From an uncultured bacterium (lineage in GTDB: Bacteria; Patescibacteriota; Minisyncoccia; Moranbacterales; UBA2206): a DNA stretch of 64,000 bases. The stretch is taken from NCBI GenBank assembly GCA_903841185.1, contig CAIMIV010000042.1:11319-75318 (forward strand), in the 5' to 3' direction. Below the pieces are notes generated by a model that ran no database searches, had not been told where the DNA came from, and worked only from the letters and a program-made list of their open reading frames with translations. The position numbers and the translations under genes were made by a program. How positions within the stretch are numbered: position 1 is the stretch's first letter; each line of letters starts with the position of its first letter. This document shows, piece after piece, positions 21,675 to 29,972 of the stretch.

Positions 21675-21887
21675 ATGGCAGTAAAAAAAGCAGCAGCTAA
21701 AAAAGTTGCGAAAAAGGTTGTAAAAAAAGTAGCAGCTAAAAAAGTTGTGAAAAAGGTTGTAAAAAAAGTAGCAGCTAAAAAAGTTGTGAAAAAAGTAGCA
21801 GCTAAGAAAGTTGCTAAGAAGGTTGTGAAAAAAGCTGTAAAAAAAGCAGCTCCAAAGAAAAAAGTTGTAGCAAAAAAGAAGAAATAA
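21675..21887 (+). CDS. Histone H1-like Lys/Ala/Val-rich nucleoid protein
   Basis: Repeats KKVAAKKVVKKVV; SD-like gaaaggaaggtgaa; promoter and terminator present. Confidence 0.8.
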   Translation: MAVKKAAAKKVAKKVVKKVAAKKVVKKVVKKVAAKKVVKKVAAKKVAKKVVKKAVKKAAPKKKVVAKKKK

Positions 21888-21981
21888 TCTTTTTTTAGAT
21901 AAACTATCAACTTCTATCCAATCTACGCAGATATTATGCTTAACAGCAAATAACTATGATTGATTGAGGCAGAAGTCATAC

Positions 21982-22015
21982 ACTAAAAAACCCGCTATCA
22001 CGCGGGTTTTTTAGT
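21982..22015. terminator. Bidirectional intrinsic terminator
   Basis: actaaaaaacccgc tatcac gcgggttttttagt. Confidence 0.8.
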
Positions 22016-22024
22016 TGGCTAAAT

Positions 22025-22945
22025 TTAAACCGTGATTTGACAGAGGCGCCATTTTTGTGCCAGGTCTTTATGAAATGCGATGTGCGCTTGCGGAAGACGC
22101 TTTCGGATTAGCACCGGCAGTTGTCTTTTTTGCTCCGGACTGATCTCCATGTAACATGTTACATGTACCAAGGCATGAGTATTTTTTAGAGTTTCCATTT
22201 GCTGCAGCAGCTCCTCATAGTGTGCCAGTCCGGCAGCGGCGCTGTAGAGAGCGGATCGCGGTTCATATTTTTGCACGGTGGGGTGGGTGGCGGCATAGAT
22301 TTCGTCGGAGAGATAGGGGAGGTTGGCCAAGATTATCATCTTGGAATTTTCAATGTTCAATTTACAATTTTCAATTAGTGTTTCAAGAAGATTTCCTTGT
22401 AAGAATTTTATTTTTTTGGCCACGCCGTGGGTCTGGGCGTTTTGCTGTGCAACCGTTAGCGCTGCATTAGAAATATCCACGGCGAAGAATTTTGAATTTT
22501 GTCCGCCAGCTGGCGGATTGAATTTCGAATCAATGATTAAATTTTTTAAGATAGAAATAATAATATTGCCCGACCCAGTTCCCACGTCTACAATCATTTG
22601 ATGTTTGATGTTTGATGTTTGATGTTTGCTGGATATTTCCTGCAAGGCCATCTCGACCATCAATTCGGTCTCAGGACGGGGGATGAGCGTATCTGGGGTC
22701 ACAGCGAATGACAGGCCAAAAAACTCCCTGTAGCCCAGAATATAGGCCAAGGGCTCATCGCTCATTCTTCGCGTAATTTTTAAGTCTAAATTTTTAATTT
22801 TTAATGATGGAAGGACATATTCCGGGTAGGTCAGGACGAACTCGCGCGACTTTCCAATTTCTGCCGCAATCAGCACATCCAAGTCCAAGCGGTCAATTTT
22901 CCCGGCATATTTTTTCTGCAGGTCCGCGATGGTGGTCTTTGTCAT
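22025..22945 (-). CDS. prmC: Release factor glutamine methyltransferase carrying several in-frame repeat insertions
   Basis: EPLAYILG..EFFG, LIPRPETE, DVGTGSG, ANLPY, EPRSAL. Confidence 0.92.
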   Translation of the reverse strand: MTKTTIADLQKKYAGKIDRLDLDVLIAAEIGKSREFVLTYPEYVLPSLKIKNLDLKITRRMSDEPLAYILGYREFFGLSFAVTPDTLIPRPETELMVEMALQEISSKHQTSNIKHQMIVDVGTGSGNIIISILKNLIIDSKFNPPAGGQNSKFFAVDISNAALTVAQQNAQTHGVAKKIKFLQGNLLETLIENCKLNIENSKMIILANLPYLSDEIYAATHPTVQKYEPRSALYSAAAGLAHYEELLQQMETLKNTHALVHVTCYMEISPEQKRQLPVLIRKRLPQAHIAFHKDLAQKWRLCQITV

Positions 22946-22954
22946 AATATTTTT

Positions 22955-23815
22955 TTAATCCAGTGGGCTTTTGATAGTCTGCAAATTAGTATTGGCCACC
23001 CTGGTGTAGATCTGTGTCGTTTCAAGGCGTGCATGACCCAGCAACTCTTGGATATAGCGAATGCTCGTGCCGGCTTCTAAAAGGTGAGTGGCGAAAGAAT
23101 GGCGCAAGCTGTGGCAAGAAACTTTTTTAGCAATGCCGGCCAGCTCAACTGCTTTTTTAACTATTTTTTCAGCACTTTCAGCAGTCAGATGTCCTTGTCC
23201 ACCAGCTCCAGTAAATAAATAGTCATTTGGCTTCTTCAGGGTTAATTGTTTTTGTAATGTTGGAATGAGTTTTTCAGATAACAGTGTGCAACGATCTTTT
23301 CCTCCCTTACCTTGGCGAACCATAATCATTTTTCTATCCAAATCAAAATCGCACATTCGGATTTTGATTGTCTCACTAACGCGCAGACCTGCCGAATACA
23401 TTAGTGATATCAAAAAATTATGTTTGGGGTTAGTTGTTTTCTCGAGCATTCGTTCAATCTCTTCTTTACTAAGGATTGTCGGCAGATAGTTGGTTTTTTT
23501 GGCACCTTTTATATCAAAGAAAAATTTGCGTTTCAATATTTGACGGTAATAGAATTTAAGGGCATTAAGTGCAACATTCAGGGTGGAATTGGCACAGTCC
23601 TTGTCTTTCAAAGAGATTAGGTATTGGCGAATGTCATCATTGGTTACTAGTTTGGGGCTTTTATCAGTAAATTGCAAAAAAAGCTTATTATAAAGTACAT
23701 AAGACTTTATAGTTTTTGGGCTAAAACCCCTGATTCTCAACTCTTGTTCTAAATTATACAGAGGGTCTCGTTCTTGAGTTGTTGTTTTTCCATCCATATG
23801 ATAGTATGTGTTCAT
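22955..23815 (-). CDS. IntI-like tyrosine recombinase lacking the integron-specific insertion
   Basis: IRGFSPKTIKSY, STLNVALNALKFYY, LPTILS, GLRVSE, GKGGKDR, HSLRHSFATHLLE, QELLGH, TTQIYT, C-terminal SPLD; 286 aa. Confidence 0.9.
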   Translation of the reverse strand: MNTYYHMDGKTTTQERDPLYNLEQELRIRGFSPKTIKSYVLYNKLFLQFTDKSPKLVTNDDIRQYLISLKDKDCANSTLNVALNALKFYYRQILKRKFFFDIKGAKKTNYLPTILSKEEIERMLEKTTNPKHNFLISLMYSAGLRVSETIKIRMCDFDLDRKMIMVRQGKGGKDRCTLLSEKLIPTLQKQLTLKKPNDYLFTGAGGQGHLTAESAEKIVKKAVELAGIAKKVSCHSLRHSFATHLLEAGTSIRYIQELLGHARLETTQIYTRVANTNLQTIKSPLD

Positions 23816-23879
23816 ATGATAGTTATGATTACATCAAAATCATAGCATAAACCATTGCTCAAGCCAATAACTTAGCAGG

Positions 23880-23900
23880 TACGAATAAAACTAGTTATCG
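23880..23900 (+). other. attI-like recombination site, crossover GTT at 23894
   Basis: taaaactaGTT about 80 bp upstream of the divergent integrase, resembling the attI1 core TAAAACAAAGTT; the first cassette starts here. Confidence 0.65.
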
Positions 23901-23917
23901 GAAATAATTTATCACCT

Positions 23918-24163
23918 ATGAATGAAAAATACAAAAAAATAGCCTTATCAGCATATATTCTTACAGCTGCCTATTTATCGACCGTATATAATTTCATTGG
24001 TCTCGTGGGGGCTGATTTTATCTTGGCGATTTTGGTTGCGATTTTACTAAATAGCTTTTTAGCATATCTGATATGGTCGAGTGATAAAACGCGAAAGTAT
24101 TCGGCTATTATTTTGACGATATTATTGTTGTTGGCCGCTCTTCATTTGTTGCCAGTATTTTAA
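23918..24163 (+). CDS. Cassette 1 cargo: 81-aa three-TM membrane protein
   Basis: Hydrophobic ORF filling the space between the cassette's inverted repeats. Confidence 0.7.
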   Translation: MNEKYKKIALSAYILTAAYLSTVYNFIGLVGADFILAILVAILLNSFLAYLIWSSDKTRKYSAIILTILLLLAALHLLPVF

Positions 24164-24183
24164 AGGTGGTGATAAATTACATC

Positions 24184-24381
24184 CGATAACAAAGAATATC
24201 TGGTTCAAAAAATTTGCCACAACTAAAACTAAAAGGAGGGCAAATTTTTCTCTCCCAAATCCCGCACTTTTCCGTTTTGTTGTAATTTAGAGTATAATGA
24301 GATGAATAAATAAATAAGAATATTAAGGTTTTGTGCCTAAAAGCCAAAGTGCAGGACTTCAGATATTCTTAAACGTTAAAC
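24184..24381. repeat. attC-like site 1
   Basis: cgatAAC-a-aagaatatctg...cagatattctt-aaac-GTTaaac; near-identical copies at 24884 and 29393. Confidence 0.85.
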
Positions 24382-24441
24382 GAAATTTTGTTCAAAAATA
24401 TTTTTTCATTTTTTATTGAGCCTTTTTGAAATTTTTTTAGA

Positions 24442-24483
24442 AAAAAGAAAGCCCCAGGTGGAATTGAATTTTCCACGAGGGGC
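24442..24483 (-). terminator. Terminator of the reverse-oriented cassette 2 gene
   Basis: gcccc..gtggaa..ttccac..ggggc hairpin followed by a T tract on the minus strand. Confidence 0.6.
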
Positions 24484-24506
24484 TTAGTTGTTGGCGTGTA
24501 ATGCGC

Positions 24507-24749
24507 TTATAAGTAACAAACGGGTCCGTTCTCACCTTTTTTTGTGTAAATTAGTGAAACCATTTGTGCAATAAGGCAGACCAGAAAAAATTCATACCTG
24601 CTTCCATTGATTTTTGGAATGTCAAATACCACGCTTGTGATTGCACTTAACATTCCAATGGTCCCCATAATTACGCCGATCCAGGCAAAAAACGTGTTAT
24701 TTTTATGCCAAATTTCTTTCATTATGACATCCTCCTTTTCGAGTTTCAT
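24507..24749 (-). CDS. Cassette 2 cargo: small two-TM protein in reverse orientation
   Basis: Two hydrophobic helices; own promoter and terminator; alternative start at 24722 after aaggagg. Confidence 0.7.
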   Translation of the reverse strand: MKLEKEDVIMKEIWHKNNTFFAWIGVIMGTIGMLSAITSVVFDIPKINGSRYEFFLVCLIAQMVSLIYTKKGENGPVCYL

Positions 24750-24790
24750 GGTTTAATGTACTGTTTAACACCAAAATTAGCGTTCAAAGT

Positions 24791-24819
24791 AGCATAGCAG
24801 AAAACCAGTAACCCGTCAA
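24791..24819 (-). promoter_or_regulatory. sigma70 promoter inside cassette 2
   Basis: Minus strand TTGACG-17 nt-TATGCT with TG extension. Confidence 0.7.
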
Positions 24820-24883
24820 GCCCACGGCCAAAAAATTTCAAAAAGGCTCTTTTAATAAGGAATATATTTTTGAACAAAACATC

Positions 24884-25083
24884 GTTTAACAAAGAATATC
24901 TGGTTCAAAAAATTTGCCGCAGTTAAAAACTAAAAGGAGGGCAAATTTTTCTCTCCCAAATCCAGCACTTTTCCGTTTTGCTGTAATTTAGAGTATAATG
25001 AGATTAACAAAGTAAATAGGAATATCAAGGTTTTGTGCATAAAAACCAAAGTGCAGGACTTCAGATATTCTTAAACGTTAAGT
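24884..25083. repeat. attC-like site 2
   Basis: gtttAAC (RYYYAAC)...GTTaagt (GTTRRRY); same body as site 1. Confidence 0.88.
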
Positions 25084-25215
25084 GAAATAAATCTTTATCT
25101 TTGTGGAAATTTCGAGCCAGGTTGCGTTGAACCAAGACGAAAATTTGATTTTTTTAAAAGTTTTTCCGCCACAGGCGGGATTATTTGGGGCTATTTTATT
25201 TTTAAATATAAAAAT

Positions 25216-26001
25216 ATGGAAAAAATTAACAAAAGCACAACACTGTTATTAAGTTCTTTTGCATTACTTCTGGTGCTAATCATTGCTGGGGTCATATCTT
25301 TCAAAAAAGAAATATCAACCTTAAAAAAAACACAGCAGTCATTATTACAAGAGAATGCGAAACTAAAGCAGGTCACAATTACTGATTCTCCTCAAAAAGC
25401 TCCCGTTGCTGAAATAACGGTTGGCAGTCCATGCGATGTGAATAATGGAAATATTTTAAATTCTAAGGGTCTGCAATGTTATTTTTATGATAGCTTAGAT
25501 TCAAGTGGAAATGAAATATTTCCTCGACACGGGGTATGGATTAAGCCTGATTTACGAAATATGCAAATTGATTCAAAGCTATATGAAATATATTTTAAGT
25601 CATGGAAAAAATATGTAAGTCCGGATAAAACTATTAGTTTTTCTTACCCACAAAACTGGAAAGTTGATGAGTCAAGTTGGAAGGATGGTAACTTATCTAT
25701 ACAATCAAGTGACTATTCACCGATATCAATTTCTAAGATTGAAAATAATGCTATTACAATAGAGCAGAGAATTAGTGATGATGAAAATGATAGACCATTT
25801 GAGAGAACTATTATCGAATTAAATGGCGTTAGTGGCACGAGACTCGACATCGCCCCAAAAGATAATTTAAGTGACCAAGAGCAAATAAAATTCTATTTTC
25901 AAAAGGATAAATATTACGTTGAATTAAGTGTTGCAAAAGCTGGATATGCTGCGTATGATTTTCCGACAGAATATTTATTGAGTACGATAAAAATAAAATA
26001 G
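25216..26001 (+). CDS. Cassette 3 cargo: exported protein with N-terminal TM and a PsbP-like C-terminal domain
   Basis: TM then coiled coil; WKKYVSPDKTISFSYPQNWKV and LLSTIK are typical of PsbP-like domains. Confidence 0.7.
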   Translation: MEKINKSTTLLLSSFALLLVLIIAGVISFKKEISTLKKTQQSLLQENAKLKQVTITDSPQKAPVAEITVGSPCDVNNGNILNSKGLQCYFYDSLDSSGNEIFPRHGVWIKPDLRNMQIDSKLYEIYFKSWKKYVSPDKTISFSYPQNWKVDESSWKDGNLSIQSSDYSPISISKIENNAITIEQRISDDENDRPFERTIIELNGVSGTRLDIAPKDNLSDQEQIKFYFQKDKYYVELSVAKAGYAAYDFPTEYLLSTIKIK

Positions 26002-26114
26002 CCCCAAATAATTGTTTTGCCATTCTGCAAAACAAAAACTTTTAAAAAAAATCAAATTTTCTATTAGCATGGATAAAGTTTGTGCTAATAAAAATGAAGA
26101 TAAAAATTTACATC

Positions 26115-26294
26115 ACTTAACACGGCATATGCGGTTCAAAAATTTTGCGCTATTATATTTCAAGGAGTGCAAAATTTCCTCTCCCAAATTGCGCTGACGG
26201 AATGGCAAGTTTAGTGATATAATCAAGATAAGCGAAATTAACAAAATAATCAATCAATCCACGGCGCAACTTCGCATGTGCCGATACGTTAGAC
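26115..26294. repeat. attC-like site 3: divergent sequence, same architecture
   Basis: acttAAC-a-cggcatatgcg...cgcatgtgccg-atac-GTTagac; keeps ggttcaaaaa, aaggag, ctctcccaaat, tataat, acttc. Confidence 0.82.
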
Positions 26295-26435
26295 GAAATA
26301 AATTTATTTTATTTTTTAAATTCGCTTTTTATAATAAGAAAAAATAAGTTTTTTTATCTATTTATATAGGGGTAAAAAGGTGTTTTCTCCGCTGAGGCTG
26401 CGAAAACGGATTTATTAATATAATTTGTTTATATT

Positions 26436-28172
26436 ATGCAAAAAAATAACGAGATTGATTCATTAAAATTCAGCTGGGGTGATTTGGCGCGAGCGATTTT
26501 ATATTTATTTGGGGAAAAGAAAAATGAATATCTTTTTTCTTTGTTTGTCGTGGCTGTATTTAATTTATACGTAATTGTGCCGCCTTTGATAATTGGAAAA
26601 GTGATTGATTTTTTCAGCACATACAAATCAGGTGAATCGTTGAATACTTTTTATTTTTATGTGATTTTTCTGGGAATTTTCATTGGCGCCGTGCATTATT
26701 TCAATCTCTCCGCAATCCAGAAATTTCTACGTCTTAGCAACGAGTTAGTTTATAAGATTCGCGTCCAGGGCTTTGAGAAGTTATTGGAACAATCACTGTC
26801 CGAGCATGGTGAAGAAAATACAGGCGCCAAAAATCAAAAGATTCAAAATGGCGTGACGGCTTTTAATTTGTTTTCCGAAGCCTTGAATGACAGAATACTT
26901 CCCTCAATAGCGACGCTAGTCGGTGTTTTTGGCGTATTTTTGTATTTGAATTTTATCTATAATATTATTCTGATCGCTTATTTAATTGGCTTTGTCTACA
27001 TCCTTAGATTTTTCAGAAAGAAATTCGTAATGCTTCATTATGAAAAGAGTTTAGCTATGGAAAAATCAAGTGGTACTTATATTGAAGGTTTGAGCAATAT
27101 TACCACGATTAAGGCTAGTGGTGCAGAAAAAAATTTCAAAAGATCAGTCAGCAAAAACGAAGAGGCACGTAATTTTTTTGATCAAGAGATTTTGCGTGTC
27201 CGTGTAAATCAGTGGAAGTTATTTAACATTTATAACGGTATTTATACGGGAATATTTTTGTTTGTTATTGGTAGGGATGTAATCGCTGGCGTGGTTTCGA
27301 TCGGATCAATTGCAATTTTGTTGGCTTATTTAGAGAAAATAACCGACGCATCTGGCAAAGTGCTTGGTATGTATGGCTATTTAATTGACAAAAGAACATC
27401 TATCGCCCGCATGATGACTATTTTTTGGGCTGATAACAATATTTTAACTGGCGAAAAAGAATTCCCAGTCGATTGGCAGGAGATAAAATTAAGCAATGCG
27501 AGTTATGCTTATAAAAATGAAAAAAACACTAAAACTAATATTAACGGTGTCAATCTGGTGATTCAAAAAAACCAAAAAGTTGGCATCATTGGCACAACTG
27601 GCAGTGGCAAATCAACGCTTGTAAAATTATTGCTTGGCCTATACCCGCTTGATAAAGGAGAATACAAAATCGGCACAACTAATTTTTATGACATCAAGCA
27701 TGATGAAATATTCAAGCACATAGCAATTGTCTTACAAGAGTCGGAAATGTTCAATATTTCACTCAAAGAAAATATTGCGTTAAGTGAAAAAATTGATGAA
27801 GGGCGTTTATTGCACGCGATCAACATTGCTCAATTGGATGAGGTGGTGAAAAGCTTACCTAATGGCTTTGAAACTTTAATCGGGGAAAAGGGATACCATC
27901 TTTCTGGCGGCGAACGCCAACGCGTCGGCATTGCTCGAGCGATTTATAAAGATCCTGAAATTATGATTTTTGACGAAGCTACTTCATCACTTGATGTGCA
28001 AACAGAAAAGAAAATTCAAAAAGCACTTTTGGACAATCTTCAGCAAAAAACTATTATCATAGTCGCACATCGAACGAATACCCTGGAAAAAGTAGATGTT
28101 ATCTATAAAGTGGAAGGTGGAAAAATTGTTCAACAAGGAAGTTATGAGGAGTTTTTTGGTATTCACCAATGA
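26436..28172 (+). CDS. Cassette 4 cargo: ABC exporter (permease plus ATPase)
   Basis: GTTGSGKS, LSGGERQR, IFDEATS, VAHR. Confidence 0.92.
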   Translation: MQKNNEIDSLKFSWGDLARAILYLFGEKKNEYLFSLFVVAVFNLYVIVPPLIIGKVIDFFSTYKSGESLNTFYFYVIFLGIFIGAVHYFNLSAIQKFLRLSNELVYKIRVQGFEKLLEQSLSEHGEENTGAKNQKIQNGVTAFNLFSEALNDRILPSIATLVGVFGVFLYLNFIYNIILIAYLIGFVYILRFFRKKFVMLHYEKSLAMEKSSGTYIEGLSNITTIKASGAEKNFKRSVSKNEEARNFFDQEILRVRVNQWKLFNIYNGIYTGIFLFVIGRDVIAGVVSIGSIAILLAYLEKITDASGKVLGMYGYLIDKRTSIARMMTIFWADNNILTGEKEFPVDWQEIKLSNASYAYKNEKNTKTNINGVNLVIQKNQKVGIIGTTGSGKSTLVKLLLGLYPLDKGEYKIGTTNFYDIKHDEIFKHIAIVLQESEMFNISLKENIALSEKIDEGRLLHAINIAQLDEVVKSLPNGFETLIGEKGYHLSGGERQRVGIARAIYKDPEIMIFDEATSSLDVQTEKKIQKALLDNLQQKTIIIVAHRTNTLEKVDVIYKVEGGKIVQQGSYEEFFGIHQ

Positions 28173-28232
28173 CCTCAAACATGATAAAATAAAGATAAGT
28201 TTCACTGCCTATTTTAATAAAATACAAAATTC

Positions 28233-29255
28233 ATGTCCAAAAACAATCATAAAATTAGCATAAAAGACGAATTGACCGAATTTCTGCTTTACACAGCCCC
28301 AAGTGGCAAGGTAAAAGTAGAAATTTACTTTCATGACGAAAATATTTGGCTTACCCAAGACAAAATGGCCAAATTATTTGGCGTGCAACAACCAGCTATT
28401 GCCAAACACTTGAAGAATATTTTTGAAAGCGGTGAATTGCTGGAAAATTCAGTTCATTCCATTTTGGAATATACTGCCAGCGATGGCAAAAAGTATCAAA
28501 CCAAATTTTATAATCTTGACGCCATAATTTCCGTTGGATATCGGGTAAATTCAGCTCAAGCTACTCAATTTCGCATCTGGGCAACAGAAAGGCTTAAAGA
28601 GTACATCATAAAAGGTTTCACCATAGATGATGAGAGATTGAAGAATGGAAGATATTTTGACAAAGATTATTTTCTCGAACTTTTGGAAAGAGTCCGTTCA
28701 ATTCGTGCTAGTGAGCGAAAAATTTATCAGCAAATTACGGATATTTTTGCTGAATGTAGTATGGATTACAGTCCAACATCAGAAATTGCTAAAAATTTTT
28801 ATGCAATGATTCAAAATAAATTCCATTTTGCTATTACTGGCAAAACTGCAGCTGAGATTATTTATGAGACGGCTGACAAGCAAAAACCATTTATGGGACT
28901 TAAGACTTGGAAAAATTCACCAAATGGCAGAATTATCAAATCCGACACAGTTATCGCTAAAAATTATCTTAACGAGGATAAAATAAAAAAACTGGAAAGA
29001 GGCATTGTCGGCTATTTTGATTACATTGAAAGATTGATTGAGAATCACACCGCTCTCACGATGGAAAAGTTGGCGGAATCTGTAAATAACTTTTTGGAGT
29101 TTAACAAGTACGAAGTGCTTGAAGGAAAGGGCACGATTTCTCATGCCCAAGCAGAACAAAAAGCGTTTCAAGAATATGACGAATATAATAAGACGCAGGC
29201 AATAGAATCTGATTTTGACAAACTTGTAAAATCTTTACCGACTGGAGAAAAATAA
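28233..29255 (+). CDS. Cassette 4 cargo: RhuM-family putative DNA-binding protein
   Basis: WLTQDKMAKLF, YNLDAIISVGYRVNS..ATQFRIWAT, IRASER, QNKFHFAITGKTAAE. Confidence 0.9.
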   Translation: MSKNNHKISIKDELTEFLLYTAPSGKVKVEIYFHDENIWLTQDKMAKLFGVQQPAIAKHLKNIFESGELLENSVHSILEYTASDGKKYQTKFYNLDAIISVGYRVNSAQATQFRIWATERLKEYIIKGFTIDDERLKNGRYFDKDYFLELLERVRSIRASERKIYQQITDIFAECSMDYSPTSEIAKNFYAMIQNKFHFAITGKTAAEIIYETADKQKPFMGLKTWKNSPNGRIIKSDTVIAKNYLNEDKIKKLERGIVGYFDYIERLIENHTALTMEKLAESVNNFLEFNKYEVLEGKGTISHAQAEQKAFQEYDEYNKTQAIESDFDKLVKSLPTGEK

Positions 29256-29392
29256 GGAGTTTTGAATTTTAGGCATTCCCGCCAGAGGCGGACAGGCATC
29301 CCTGACCCCTCTGCCCAAAATCCAAAACAAAAAAACTTATTTAATCTATTTAGAATAAAAAGCGAATTTAAAAAAGAAAATAAATTTACATC

Positions 29393-29610
29393 GTCTAACA
29401 AAGAATATCTGGTTCAAAAAATTTGCCGCAGTTAAAAATACAAGGAGGGCAAATTTTTTTCTCCCCTGCCTACCGGCAGGCAGGCAAATCCCGCACTTTT
29501 CCATTTTGTCGTAATTTAGGGTATAATAGGATTAATAAATAAATAGGAATATTAAGGTTTTATGCATAAAAACCAAAGTGCAGGACTTCAGATATTCTTA
29601 AACGTTAGGT
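29393..29610. repeat. attC-like site 4, with a 20-bp palindrome inserted at 29465-29484
   Basis: gtctAAC...GTTaggt; body matches sites 1 and 2 apart from cctgcctaccggcaggcagg. Confidence 0.88.
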
Positions 29611-29652
29611 GTAATTTATTTAAAATCCCTTAAAAAATAAATTAAGAAAAAT

Positions 29653-29955
29653 ATGACAACAATAAATGAGTTTCAAGAAATGTGTGCCAAGGTGGTGGGG
29701 GAGATTGACGCAAAATATGGCATTGCTCGTGACCCGCATTTTAGCTTCACACAATTTATGGAAGAAGTTGGTGAACTGGCGAAAGAGATAAATAAGCCGA
29801 AGTTGCGCAACAAAGAAATGGATCGGGAAAATTTGAACGGTGAATTTGCCGACGTCATCTTGCAGTTTTTCACACTTGCCAGTATGCTAGAAGTAGATGT
29901 GGAAAAGGCAGTTGAAGCTAAAATGGCGATACTGAAAGAGCGACATGATTTATAA
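29653..29955 (+). CDS. MazG-like nucleotide pyrophosphohydrolase, probable last cassette
   Basis: EEVGELAKE and GEFADV motifs. Confidence 0.85.
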   Translation: MTTINEFQEMCAKVVGEIDAKYGIARDPHFSFTQFMEEVGELAKEINKPKLRNKEMDRENLNGEFADVILQFFTLASMLEVDVEKAVEAKMAILKERHDL

Positions 29956-29972
29956 TTTTAAATTACAATCCT

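Noticed and set aside
21632-21910. Phe/Thr-rich ORF on the minus strand
   Set aside because: Antisense shadow of the Lys-rich histone-like gene, which has the promoter, RBS and terminator.
24375-29399. IR-flanked cassettes as IS elements or an invertible shufflon
   Set aside because: No transposase or target duplications. IRs differ per cassette and join directly oriented attC-like sites. Inversion is not excluded but is less parsimonious.
24184-29610. Repeated ~190-bp units as a CRISPR array
   Set aside because: Repeats are far too long, the spacers are whole genes, and no cas genes are present.
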